A stretch of 43,939 nt of DNA from an uncultured Verrucomicrobiota bacterium (GTDB lineage Bacteria; Verrucomicrobiota; Verrucomicrobiia; Limisphaerales; SIBE01). The position numbers were made by a program, and so were the translations under genes. Positions 1 to 9,234 of this stretch are shown here, in pieces. Every line of letters starts with the position of its first letter. Within the stretch, counting starts at the first letter, position 1. The notes below the pieces were generated by a model. It saw only the letters and a list, made by a program, of their open reading frames with translations. It ran no database searches and was not told the origin of the DNA. The stretch spans positions 1-43,939 of the forward strand of contig CAYHFE010000005.1 of the NCBI GenBank assembly GCA_964355375.1. The letters are read 5' to 3'.

Positions 1-1
1 G

Positions 2-490
2 GTCATGGGTGGTTTGATGCAATGGATCTTTCCGACGATCTTTCGCAAATCCGATGAAGCCCGATCGCGGCAGGATTGGCGGGCGCTGGCCCACACCTGC
101 GACCGTGTGACCGTGCTGTTCTTGGGGTTGACCGTCGTCGGCCTGGGCCTGCTGATCGGGGTGGCGCCGTTCCTGGTCGGACCGTTGATCCGGCCGCAAT
201 ACAGCGAAGCGCTGGCCATGCTGATCCCGGCTGGCGCCGCGATGGTCACCGTGCAAGTCAATCAATTCTACTATCTGCTCCTGCAAGGACAGCACAACAG
301 CGCCGGCATGGTCAAAGTGATGATGTGGGTCGCCGGATTCAAGACCCTGGGCAGTGTCGTGGCGGCGGCGATCTCGTGGCCGGCCTTCTGCTGGTGGCTG
401 GTGATCTCGATGGGGTTGAGTGGAGCGTTGGGACGATTCTTCATCCGGAGAATGGCCTTGCGTGGGGACTCCTTTTCGGGCGATGACTGA
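2..490 (+). CDS. C-terminal part of a polysaccharide flippase (Wzx/MATE-like) membrane protein, 5'-truncated by the window edge
   Basis: The frame is open from the window start. It has several hydrophobic helices and a Wzx-like segment (APFLVGPLIRPQYSEALAMLIP), and lies upstream of a methyltransferase and a glycosyltransferase. Confidence 0.6.
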   Translation, partial: VMGGLMQWIFPTIFRKSDEARSRQDWRALAHTCDRVTVLFLGLTVVGLGLLIGVAPFLVGPLIRPQYSEALAMLIPAGAAMVTVQVNQFYYLLLQGQHNSAGMVKVMMWVAGFKTLGSVVAAAISWPAFCWWLVISMGLSGALGRFFIRRMALRGDSFSGDD

Positions 491-579
491 ATTCGCGAAA
501 ACCGAGCGGTCAGCGGAACCTCCGCCTCGAACCGCCCTGCTGCCCGAGTCGGGGCGGCAAAGTCAGTGATGGACGTGAT

Positions 580-1317
580 ATGGATCGATTGGTCGTAACC
601 GCGAAAGATCGCTTTTGGCACCCGGATATCTTTGTCCGCGACCAATGGGTGCAGGCCGAGGCGGCGAAGCTGGCGCCGGGGAGCAAGGTCTTGGATGCCG
701 GAGCAGGCGCCAGCAAGTATCGTCCCTTCTTCGCGCATTGCGAGTACCGGACGCAGGATTTCTGTCTCTACCAGGGGCCGCTCGTCAAGTATCTCCAGCC
801 GATCGATTACGTCTGCGACATCGCGGCGATCCCGCTCCCGGATCAATCGCTCGACGCCATCCTCTGCACCGAAGTCATCGAACATGTCGCCAATCCGATG
901 ACCGTGCTCGACGAGTTTCGGCGCTTGCTCAAACCGGGAGGGAAACTGCTCCTGACGTCGCCGCTCCTGTCGCACCTGCACATGGAGCCTTACCATTACT
1001 ACGGCGGATTCACCCATTATTGGTATCGGCATTGGCTGCCGAAGAAAGGATTTCAACTGGACTCTGTCACGCCGGTGGGCGGTCCGGGACGAACCTGCGT
1101 GGTCTTTGGCCAGGCCTTTTACCTGATGTGGTCGGCGGCGGAGAAGAAGCTCGGTTGGGGGCGGCGGCTCGGTTCGCGGCTCTTCCGAGCGCCGGGCTGG
1201 TTCCTCTTGTATTACCTTTTGCCCTGGGTGCTGCCGAAATTCGATCGTTGGCTGGGCCAGCAGTTGATTTGTTCGAGCTATCTCGTGGCGGCCACGCGCC
1301 AATCCGGATCGCCGTGA
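580..1317 (+). CDS. Class I SAM-dependent methyltransferase (type 11)
   Basis: Motif I VLDAGAG, plus IPLPDQSLDAILCTEVIEHV and RLLKPGGKLLLT. Confidence 0.9.
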   Translation: MDRLVVTAKDRFWHPDIFVRDQWVQAEAAKLAPGSKVLDAGAGASKYRPFFAHCEYRTQDFCLYQGPLVKYLQPIDYVCDIAAIPLPDQSLDAILCTEVIEHVANPMTVLDEFRRLLKPGGKLLLTSPLLSHLHMEPYHYYGGFTHYWYRHWLPKKGFQLDSVTPVGGPGRTCVVFGQAFYLMWSAAEKKLGWGRRLGSRLFRAPGWFLLYYLLPWVLPKFDRWLGQQLICSSYLVAATRQSGSP

Positions 1318-2435
1318 GACGCCTGGAGAAGATCTTCGCCCTGGTCCCGGATTGCCATGTCGCTCATGGGTATTACCGCGTGCTTTGGGGGCGCCACATC
1401 TATGAAGGACTCCGGCCGCTCCTCCAGACTCTCGTGACGCCCGTGGCGGTCGATTTCAATTGGGCCAGGCAAGGGCACAACGTCGAGACCGGACCGCTCG
1501 ATCGGGAACGAGCGGCGACGAGCGAGCAATTGTGGTCCCAGATTCAAGCGGCCCACGAGAACCACGGGCTGGACGCCGTGATCTCCTACTGCTTCGCCCA
1601 GGATCTCGAACTGGACTTGGTGCGGCGGACGATTGGCCTGGGCGTCCCCTGGATCAACTTCTTCTGCGACAGCACCCACATGTTCGAAAAGGTCGAAGCA
1701 CTCGCGCGAGTCGTGTCGCTGAACTGGTTTCCCGAAAGCGCGGCCGAGTCGCGCTATCGGGCGCTCGGCGTGCCTTACCTGCGCCAGCCGTATGCGCTCA
1801 ATCCGGAGTGCCTGCCCGATCTGACGAGCCGCGATCCAACTTGGGCGGCGGCGTTCATCGGATTGCCGACGACCAATCGCATCACGCAGCTCGGTTGGCT
1901 GCGCGCGTTTGGCTGTCCGGTGGCCGTTCGGGGACACGGCTGGGTCGGTGAAAGGGAAAACCCTTTTTACAGCCCTCAGCCGAGATCCAAGCGCTTCTTC
2001 CGAGCGCTCCTCCAACGCGGCTTGGCCGAGAAGTTGGTCCGGCGAGTGTTCTGGCCGGTCGTTCGGCGACAAGCCCGGGGACCGCTCGACGACGCGGAAT
2101 TTCCTGAATTCGTGAAGCGTTCGCGCATCGTGCTGGGCCTGAATCAAGGCAAGGATGCGCAAGGCCGATTGGCCAGCTATCTGAAGTTCCGCGACGTGGA
2201 ATTCCCAGGTTACGGCTGCTGTTACCTCACCGAACACAACGAGGACATCGCCGAGGCCTTGGCCATCGGCTCCGAGGTGTTGACCTATCGCAACCTGTGG
2301 GACGCCGCGGCGCAGATCAAGCAGCTCCAGCGTGAACCGGAGCGCGCCGTGCGCATTGGCCGCGCCGCCCGGCAACGCGTCCTCTCTTCCCACACCTGGG
2401 CGGTCCGCCTGCGGCAATTGTCCGAGCGTCTCTGA
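1314..2435 (+). CDS. CgeB/Glyco_trans_1_2-like glycosyltransferase
   Basis: The GTG start overlaps the upstream TGA (GTGA 1314-1317). The C-terminus LKFRDVEFPGYGCCYLTE...IGRAARQRVLSSHTW is typical of this family. Confidence 0.8.
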   Translation: MRRLEKIFALVPDCHVAHGYYRVLWGRHIYEGLRPLLQTLVTPVAVDFNWARQGHNVETGPLDRERAATSEQLWSQIQAAHENHGLDAVISYCFAQDLELDLVRRTIGLGVPWINFFCDSTHMFEKVEALARVVSLNWFPESAAESRYRALGVPYLRQPYALNPECLPDLTSRDPTWAAAFIGLPTTNRITQLGWLRAFGCPVAVRGHGWVGERENPFYSPQPRSKRFFRALLQRGLAEKLVRRVFWPVVRRQARGPLDDAEFPEFVKRSRIVLGLNQGKDAQGRLASYLKFRDVEFPGYGCCYLTEHNEDIAEALAIGSEVLTYRNLWDAAAQIKQLQREPERAVRIGRAARQRVLSSHTWAVRLRQLSERL

Positions 2436-2446
2436 CCCTCGGCCAA

Positions 2447-2496
2447 GGGGTCGGTGCGGCGTGGCGCGACTTCGGACCATCCACGCCTTTGACCCC
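2447..2496. other. Intergenic stem-loop, possible terminator or stability element
   Basis: Nested inverted repeats GGGGTC/GACCCC and GGCGTGG/CCACGCC just after the GT stop. There is no clear U tract. Confidence 0.35.
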
Positions 2497-2592
2497 AGTC
2501 ATTGTCCGATTTCATGGGAACAGATAGATGCGAACTGAAGATCGTCGTTGCAGAACCGATTGCGAGCGTTCGAGTCTGGTAGATTTATTTCT

Positions 2593-5500
2593 ATGAATGC
2601 CTTTCCCACCCTCCCCGGCCGGTCCATCCACGCCCCGTTGCGATGGGCGCTCCGGTGTCTCCTTGTCGCGGCCCTGAGCGTGAATCTCGGCGCGCGCGTG
2701 GACCAAACGTTCAACGTCGGGAGCGGCGCGGAGAGCACGTTCGCCAGCATTGGGGCGATGGCGGCCGATGCCGACGGGAAACTGCTGATCGGAGGTCAAT
2801 TCACCTCGATGGATGGTCGTCTGCGTCCTTACCTGGCGCGACTCAATCCGGATGGCAGCCTCGACACCAACTTCGATCCGGGATTGGGCCCCAATCTGCC
2901 GGTGCAAACCATCGCCGTGCAAAGCGACGGAAGAATTCTCATCGGCGGCGCCTTCACCCAGTACGATGGATCCGAGTGCCTCGCCTTCGCTCGTCTCTGG
3001 CCCGACGGACGTCTCGACCGAGAGAGTCAAGCCAGCCGCAATCTTTTCAGCGGTGCGCCGCGACAAGCCGAAGTCAATGAAATCGCCGTCGAACCAGGTG
3101 GCAGCGTATTGGTCCGCGGCTTTCTTTATCGGGCGAGCTTGCTCCGCCTTTCTTCAGCCGGAGTTTGGGATCAGGCCTTCAATGAGAAAGTGAACGGCAA
3201 GCCCAACGGCCCCATTCGCTCGATGGCGGTGCAGCCGGACGGCGCCCTTCTCCTGGGCGGCGATTTCACGGCTTTTGGCGACAAAAAAGCCATTGGGCTC
3301 GTGCGCCTGAATCGGGACGGAACGCCGGACCTGGCGTTTGAGGCGGCGACCGGAACCCAAGCCACGGTCAACAAAGTGGCTCTTCAGCGTGACGGGAAGA
3401 TTCTGGTTGCTGGGATGTTCCCCGTTTCGGGAAGTCCGTCCGCCCAACTGTTTCTGCGCCTCGCCGCCAACGGAAGCTTGGACTCTGCTTTCGATCGCAA
3501 CAACTCCTTCCGTTCTCCGGGCGTGGCTCAAACGATCTTTCCCTTGCCGGACCAGCGAATCTTCGTCAGCGGACAACTGGCGGGCCCCGCGTCCCTCATC
3601 GTCAAAGAGGACGGGACCATGGATGGCGCGGCCTGGACCAACGTGGTCGTGGGCGCCTATGCCGTCTGGGGTCAACAAACCTATCTGAACGTCCATCCGA
3701 CCTCGGGCCGGGCGGACAGCGTGGGCCGATGGAATGCGAATCTCACGCCGGATCTTCTTTACCGCCCGCCGACCGTGCGCGGCAGCGCCATTCTCCAAGC
3801 CGTCAACGTCCAGACGAACGTCGTTTACGTGGGGGGCAATTTCACCAGTTTCCAAGGAATGGCCGTGCAGGCGGTGGCCCGTTTGGCGCTCGACGGAGCG
3901 ATTGACCCTTCGTTCCGACCGGGCAGTTTCGGCGAGTTCAATACGTCACCCACTCCGGCAGCTCACGTCCGAGCGCTGCTCCCATTGCCGGACGGGCGCC
4001 TCGTGATTGGTGGAGCCTTCTCTTCGGTGGGAGGTGTGAAACGGCTCAATCTGGCTCGATTGAAGTTGGATGGTTCGATCGACGAGACGTTTGTGAGCCA
4101 GGTCTCTGACCTCAATGTCATTGTCGGGCTCCTGCCGGATTTCAACGGCAAAATCCTTTATGCGTCCAAGTACGCCGTGGGCCGGCTCCATCCGGACGGG
4201 AGCGTCGATGCCAGTTTCAAGCAAGTTTACCCGGACAACGAAATCTTCGGCCTCGCCCGCGATACCAACAACGCCATCGTCATCACCGGCTACTTCAAAC
4301 AAGTCAACGGCAAGCCCGCCGGGACCGTGGCCCGACTCTCTCCGGACGGCGTCTTGGACGAGAACTATTTGGTCAATGCCGCCTTGTTCAATGGCGGGGC
4401 ACCGGTTCGCGCGGTGGCGGTTCAACCGGACAACAAGATTCTCATCGGAGGAGAGTTCGATGCCCGGAACAAACATCATTTGGTCAGACTGGGATCGCTC
4501 TTTCCTTCCTTGGATCCGAATTGGGATTCCTGGCTCAACTTCTCGGGAGAGTATTCCGGCGTTTACCGGTTGCTCGTTCAAACCAATCGCGACAACCGGA
4601 TCTTGGTCGGCGGACGATTTACTGCCGTCTCTTCGATCAGCGCATCCGGGAGCGCCAATGGCCTGGCTCGCCTGGAGGCCAACGGGAAGTTCGACCGCGA
4701 GCTGAATCCTCTGCTCAATGGCGGCGTGGATTTCTCCTATGTGCAGTCGGCCGGGTTTGACTATGCCATGATCAATGACTTCGCGGTCGATGGCGGCGGG
4801 GCCATTTACGCGGCGGGCCGATTTCGCAGCGTGGATCATCTGGCTCGGGGCAGCCTGGTGCGATTGGTGGACGATGGGTATCCCGGATTCGGGGCCTTCG
4901 CGACCAACCTCGTCCAGGTTTCTGAGGGCGCGGGAAATGTGGTTCTCCAGCTCACTCGAACCGGGGGCTCGGCCGGAGCGGTCAGCGTGACTTGGGAAAC
5001 TGTGCCCCGATCCAATGTGGTGTCCTTTGCCCAGGGCTCGGTCGCATGGCCAGCCAATGACTCCGCGCCCAAGCCGATCACGATTCCGTTCGTCGGAAAG
5101 AAGGACAGCATGTTTTGGGTGGTTCTAAGCCGCCCAATCGGTGGCATGAAAGTCGATTCCGGAAATTCCTTGGGGATCTACATCACCGCCGGAACCGGCC
5201 GGCCTGTGATGACCAGTGCCACCGCCGTGACCGGGACGAACAACCTGCCCTTTGTTTACCAAATCGTCGCGAACAACAACCCCACTCGATTCAGCGCGAA
5301 CGGTCTCGCGAGCTGGATGCGATTCGACTCTCAAACGGGTGTGATTCAGGGAACGTCCAGCCAGAACGGACGTTGGCAGGTCGGGATTACCGCCGCTAAC
5401 GGCCAAGGCGAGTCCACCACCAACGTGACTGTCTGGATCACGAGCAGCTACGACCAATGGACTCGTCAGTTGCCGGCCGGGAGCGATCCCAATCCCGGGG

Positions 5501-5841
5501 CTGATCCGAACCGGAATGGCCTCCCCAACCTGGTGGAGTATGCGCTGGGTTATGCACCCAATGACTCCGCGATGAAGGGGCTCACGGTCAACCGGGCGGG
5601 ATCGGATCTGTTCTTGAATCTCACACGCATCAGCGGCGGTCTGGAGAATTCGCTGTCCGAATATCTGGCCGGAGGAGTCACCTGCCGACTGGAGGTTTCA
5701 TCGGACTTGAAGACGTGGCAGCCGGTTTTGAATGAGTTGGTCAAAGCCAACAGCAACGTGGTCGGGAACCGGGAATCCGTGTCCTTGAAGATTCAGCCGC
5801 GCCCGGCCGTTCAGTACTACCGTCTGTGGCTCATGAATTGA
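2593..5841 (+). CDS. Secreted delta-60 repeat (beta-propeller) protein with Calx-beta-like and Ig-like domains and a C-terminal SSDL..W...YYRL module
   Basis: Signal peptide; many (V/L)QxDG(K/R)ILIGGxF...RLNxDGSLDxxF repeats; VSEGAGNVVLQLTRTGGSAGAVSV (Calx-beta-like); FVYQIVANNNPTRFSANGL...TGVIQGT (He_PIG-like Ig). Confidence 0.85.
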   Translation: MNAFPTLPGRSIHAPLRWALRCLLVAALSVNLGARVDQTFNVGSGAESTFASIGAMAADADGKLLIGGQFTSMDGRLRPYLARLNPDGSLDTNFDPGLGPNLPVQTIAVQSDGRILIGGAFTQYDGSECLAFARLWPDGRLDRESQASRNLFSGAPRQAEVNEIAVEPGGSVLVRGFLYRASLLRLSSAGVWDQAFNEKVNGKPNGPIRSMAVQPDGALLLGGDFTAFGDKKAIGLVRLNRDGTPDLAFEAATGTQATVNKVALQRDGKILVAGMFPVSGSPSAQLFLRLAANGSLDSAFDRNNSFRSPGVAQTIFPLPDQRIFVSGQLAGPASLIVKEDGTMDGAAWTNVVVGAYAVWGQQTYLNVHPTSGRADSVGRWNANLTPDLLYRPPTVRGSAILQAVNVQTNVVYVGGNFTSFQGMAVQAVARLALDGAIDPSFRPGSFGEFNTSPTPAAHVRALLPLPDGRLVIGGAFSSVGGVKRLNLARLKLDGSIDETFVSQVSDLNVIVGLLPDFNGKILYASKYAVGRLHPDGSVDASFKQVYPDNEIFGLARDTNNAIVITGYFKQVNGKPAGTVARLSPDGVLDENYLVNAALFNGGAPVRAVAVQPDNKILIGGEFDARNKHHLVRLGSLFPSLDPNWDSWLNFSGEYSGVYRLLVQTNRDNRILVGGRFTAVSSISASGSANGLARLEANGKFDRELNPLLNGGVDFSYVQSAGFDYAMINDFAVDGGGAIYAAGRFRSVDHLARGSLVRLVDDGYPGFGAFATNLVQVSEGAGNVVLQLTRTGGSAGAVSVTWETVPRSNVVSFAQGSVAWPANDSAPKPITIPFVGKKDSMFWVVLSRPIGGMKVDSGNSLGIYITAGTGRPVMTSATAVTGTNNLPFVYQIVANNNPTRFSANGLASWMRFDSQTGVIQGTSSQNGRWQVGITAANGQGESTTNVTVWITSSYDQWTRQLPAGSDPNPGADPNRNGLPNLVEYALGYAPNDSAMKGLTVNRAGSDLFLNLTRISGGLENSLSEYLAGGVTCRLEVSSDLKTWQPVLNELVKANSNVVGNRESVSLKIQPRPAVQYYRLWLMN

Positions 5842-5851
5842 ATCAAGACGG

Positions 5852-6052
5852 CTAAGTCGTCTCTATGAGTTCGGTTCAGGGTGGAACGGGCGACTTGCTT
5901 GTTCCTGTGGGCTGCCAGCCCACAGGCTTTGCTGCCGAGAATCTCACTGACGAGCTAGTCCAATTGCCGTGGCAGACTCGGCGGCAAGTTGCCGCCGAGA
6001 ACGGGCTGGTAGCCCGTTCCACCCTGAACCCAACTGCCTGCTTACGGCTAAG
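5852..6052. mobile_element. Composite MITE-like element: outer shell flanked by CTAAG direct repeats, carrying the GGGTGGAACGG multi-hairpin core (5879..6023)
   Basis: The core is an inverted homologue of 32786..32931. The right end CAACTGCCTGCTTACGG-CTAAG matches the ends at 15109, 19965 and 32959. Confidence 0.75.
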
Positions 6053-8189
6053 GAGCCGTGACTTTCCACGTCCCGCCGGGCATGGGGGGAGTGAGCAGTT
6101 GGGCGGAACTCAATTGCACACCCTGCAGAAACCAAACCGCCAATGATCCATCGCCGCGGTGTTGGAACAGCAAATCCGGTTTCCCGTCTCGGTCGCGGTC
6201 CACGGTGCTGACGACGCGCCAATTCGCGTCGCCGGGGGTCGAGGGAGTGAGCCGCGCGGATCCCGCGAGTTGGCGGCCCTTCAGATACCAGACCGCCAGG
6301 GAACCGTCGGCGTGCTGAAACACGAGATCGATCCAACCATCGGCGTTGAAATCTCCCGTGCCCACGACTCTCCAGTTTGGATCGTCAGGACGGTTCGGCT
6401 CGAGAAGGGAAGCGGATTTGAGTTGAAGGCCCTGCAAATACCAAACGGCCAGGGTTCCGTCCGTGTGCTGAAACACCAGATCGACCCACCCATCCTGGTC
6501 CAAATCGCCGATCGCGGCCACTCTCCAGCTCGGGTCCCCCGGGTGGCTCGGGCTGAGCAGAACGGCCGTGGTTTGTTCGGTGCCATTCATGGACCACACG
6601 GCCAGGGTTCCGTCCTCATGTTGAAAGAGCAGATCCGGGTGGCGGTCGCCATTGAAGTCGCCCGCGGCGACGGCGCGGTATCGGGTGTCGCCAACGTGGC
6701 TCGGCGTGAGAAAGGCCGCCGTTTTCAGCCGGGTCTCCTCCAGTAACCAGGCGGCCAAGAAACCCGTGGCATCTTGGAAAATCAGGTCGGAATGACCGTC
6801 CGCGTCAAAATCGCCTGGCCCCCTGATCACGCCAGAAACGATGGGAGGCGTGACGGCGACGGGGAAGGCGTTGGTCGCGGCGGCGCCGTTTCCATCCATC
6901 GTGATGGTAGGATAGGTGTTGCCCGCGCCGCAGCAGACGATTCGCGAGGTCGTGATCTGCAAGTTCCACCCGCCCGCGATGACCCCAAAATCGCCTTGAT
7001 TGGTGTCCGTCACGTAAAGCTTCCAAGCACCGTTGGGATCGGTGAAAGCGACGTCGGCGGCAGTGGCGGCCGCTCCGAGAGCGGGACCGTTGAGCAGGCC
7101 GAGGTCATTTGAATAAGGCTCGGCGGGGACCTGGCCCGGAATGAGATCGCCTCTCCCGTAGTCGCTCGGTTTGACGGATCCCGAGACGAGTTGTCGGCTG
7201 TAGGGCAATTCCGCGGAAGAGGTGCCATCGAACGTGAGCGTCAGTCCGTCCACCGCGGTGTCGCGGCCGGCGACGCGCCCGCCGGCATTGCGCATCAGGA
7301 CAAACTTCCGGCCCCGGGGCGACATCAGCACCGCCGCCAAGTCCGGGGTGTAGGTATGCGTCAAGCCGTTCAACGTCACGGTCACATTGCGGATCCGCTC
7401 GCCGGTGCGGCCAGCCTCGTTGGGCACTCCGGTCACGCTGATCACCGAGGGATACGGCTCGGCCCGTCCGTTTTCTTTGGTCAAATCGGAATTCGGCGCG
7501 AAGTCCGAGAGAATGATCCGGGTGGTATTGCTGAACCCAAACGTGTTGGTGACCGTGGCCCCCAAAAGAAAGTCGAACGCTTCCGCGCCCGTCGAGCCGA
7601 TATCGACGCCGGCAAACGGGGTGCCGTCGGCTTCCTTGCCTTCAATGCGAAACCGTGGTGACAAGGTGCCGCCACAGGGACCGTCCGCTCGGAAACGAAT
7701 GACGACGGAGAATATTCCATCTTTGGTGATGTCTCCGGCGGTTGGTCGGCCGTTGACCGCGAAGGCTACATTGTTGACCTCGCTTTGCAGCGCGACCTTG
7801 ACGTCCTTCACGGCGGTTCCCGTCGTGTTCTTAAAGGTGAACGTGACGGTGTTCGTTTCTCCGGGATCGATCGCTCCGTTGGGCGCGAGACAGCTTTCCT
7901 GGCCGGAAACAAGAAGGGCTGAGACGGCCTGGAAGCGGGCCGCGCTCGCTGTGACACTCAGGCCGAGAACCAGAGGCAGCACCACCGCGGCCACCCAGCG
8001 TCGCGATCTCCGGTTGCCGAAATCAGAGGAGGCCTCCGTTGGCTTAGGGCGTGCATTCAGGCCATGAACTCGTTCCCCGGGTGGGGTGAGACTCCGTCGA
8101 GCCCTGGAATCTTGGCCGGCCGGAAAGTCAGGGCTCGACGGAGTCTCGCCCCACCCAGGTTTATGGAAGGAAGATGGCTGGTTCATCAT
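6048..8189 (-). CDS. Secreted protein with a P-domain-like region and five C-terminal FG-GAP/VCBS-type repeats (putative adhesin or lectin)
   Basis: Repeats GDFNGDxxxDLxFQHxDGxLAVW with about 50-aa period; PYPSVISVTG...VTVTLNGLTHT (P-domain-like); signal h-region WVAAVVLPLVLGLSVTASA. The start (8189 or 8186) is uncertain because the N-terminus is repeat-derived. Confidence 0.8.
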   Translation of the reverse strand: MMNQPSSFHKPGWGETPSSPDFPAGQDSRARRSLTPPGERVHGLNARPKPTEASSDFGNRRSRRWVAAVVLPLVLGLSVTASAARFQAVSALLVSGQESCLAPNGAIDPGETNTVTFTFKNTTGTAVKDVKVALQSEVNNVAFAVNGRPTAGDITKDGIFSVVIRFRADGPCGGTLSPRFRIEGKEADGTPFAGVDIGSTGAEAFDFLLGATVTNTFGFSNTTRIILSDFAPNSDLTKENGRAEPYPSVISVTGVPNEAGRTGERIRNVTVTLNGLTHTYTPDLAAVLMSPRGRKFVLMRNAGGRVAGRDTAVDGLTLTFDGTSSAELPYSRQLVSGSVKPSDYGRGDLIPGQVPAEPYSNDLGLLNGPALGAAATAADVAFTDPNGAWKLYVTDTNQGDFGVIAGGWNLQITTSRIVCCGAGNTYPTITMDGNGAAATNAFPVAVTPPIVSGVIRGPGDFDADGHSDLIFQDATGFLAAWLLEETRLKTAAFLTPSHVGDTRYRAVAAGDFNGDRHPDLLFQHEDGTLAVWSMNGTEQTTAVLLSPSHPGDPSWRVAAIGDLDQDGWVDLVFQHTDGTLAVWYLQGLQLKSASLLEPNRPDDPNWRVVGTGDFNADGWIDLVFQHADGSLAVWYLKGRQLAGSARLTPSTPGDANWRVVSTVDRDRDGKPDLLFQHRGDGSLAVWFLQGVQLSSAQLLTPPMPGGTWKVTAP
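8062..8166. repeat. Palindromic REP-like element GGTGGGG(C/T)GAGACTCCGTCGAGCCCTG...CAGGGCTCGACGGAGTCTCGCCCCACC bounded by CCATGAAC/GTTTATGG
   Basis: Near-perfect inverted repeat. Homologous copies at about 13449, 29375 and 29513. Confidence 0.85.
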
Positions 8190-8280
8190 CGTCTCGTCTC
8201 TGGTTTATGGTTTATGGGCGGGTCGCGGGCCGGGGACGTTTTCGGTCACCGTGGTTGATAGGCCGGGTGCGAGCGCGACT

Positions 8281-9081
8281 TCATGGGGGTGCCAGGTGAT
8301 GAGACCGGGACCGGATGTAGCTGACATCTTGCGGATCGCTCGCCACCGGGTGGGGATTGGAACTGGCCGCGGGATTGGCGGGGCGCAAGACCGGTTTCTT
8401 CCACCGGTGCGACTCGGCGTGGCCATCGGCGAACGACAGGACGCCGGATTTCCGGTCATGCAGGGCGCCGGGCGCGGTGAAGTACTGCTGGGTGTTGGCC
8501 ACGGGAATCTCGAACGGAGTGTAACAAATGCTGACCGGATCGACATCGATGAAAACAAACAGCTCGGCCGGCTTGCCGAACTCTGAGTTTCGTTTGTAGA
8601 ACGTGACCGGGGGGATGGGGGCAAACTGCTGCGCCCCTCCATTCAGATAATCATTGATCGAGTAGCTGCGCAGTTTGGGGACACGCCGGCTGCCCACAGT
8701 ATAAACCGTCTTCTCGGCGGGACATCGGTAAACTTCCAGGCTCTTCAAATACGAGGCGAACCCGGCTCGCTTCGGATCGGTCAAGGCATTGGGATCGATG
8801 AACCCCGGGGTGGCTCCGTGGACCGTGCTCTCGACCCAATTCAATCCGCTTCCAGTGGGCGGAGCGCCCCGAACGTTCGAGGGGAGGCCGCCGTTGTGAT
8901 CGTCCTGATACAGGGTCCAGGTCAGGGTCAGTTGCCGGTGGTTGCTGATGCATTGAGCCCGCCACGCCTGGCCCCGGGCTTTCGCCAAGGCCGGCAAAAG
9001 CATCGCCGCCAGGATGGCGATAATCGCGATCACCACCAACAGCTCGATCAAGGTGAATCCGTGGCGGCGGCGTGGGTCCAT
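8281..9081 (-). CDS. Prepilin-type N-terminal cleavage/methylation protein with H-X9-DG motif (DUF1559-like)
   Basis: G|[24 protein letters not shown] at the N-terminus and [16 protein letters not shown] near the C-terminus. Confidence 0.93.
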   Translation of the reverse strand: MDPRRRHGFTLIELLVVIAIIAILAAMLLPALAKARGQAWRAQCISNHRQLTLTWTLYQDDHNGGLPSNVRGAPPTGSGLNWVESTVHGATPGFIDPNALTDPKRAGFASYLKSLEVYRCPAEKTVYTVGSRRVPKLRSYSINDYLNGGAQQFAPIPPVTFYKRNSEFGKPAELFVFIDVDPVSICYTPFEIPVANTQQYFTAPGALHDRKSGVLSFADGHAESHRWKKPVLRPANPAASSNPHPVASDPQDVSYIRSRSHHLAPP

Positions 9082-9234
9082 GACTCGGTGAGAGTGGCCA
9101 TTCTGTCCGGAGATGTCCAGCGTCGCACAGCGATTGTTCGGAGAGCGTAGAAAGTCTGTTCACACCGGGATTCTCGAAAGAGTTCCGCTCTTTTTCTTTG
9201 CGGCGCAATCTGGCCTGGAACACAATACTGGACG

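Noticed and set aside
615-1313. Extension of the glycosyltransferase ORF, and likewise 17570..18274 and 26682..26831
   Set aside because: These are alternate-frame overlaps with well-supported upstream genes. Coupled GTGA/ATGA starts explain the true boundaries.
2560-2580. GTTCGAGTC resembling a tRNA T-loop
   Set aside because: There is no T-stem pairing, acceptor stem or cloverleaf around it.
6060-6820. Nucleotide repeats with about 150-bp period
   Set aside because: They are explained by the FG-GAP protein repeats on the minus strand.
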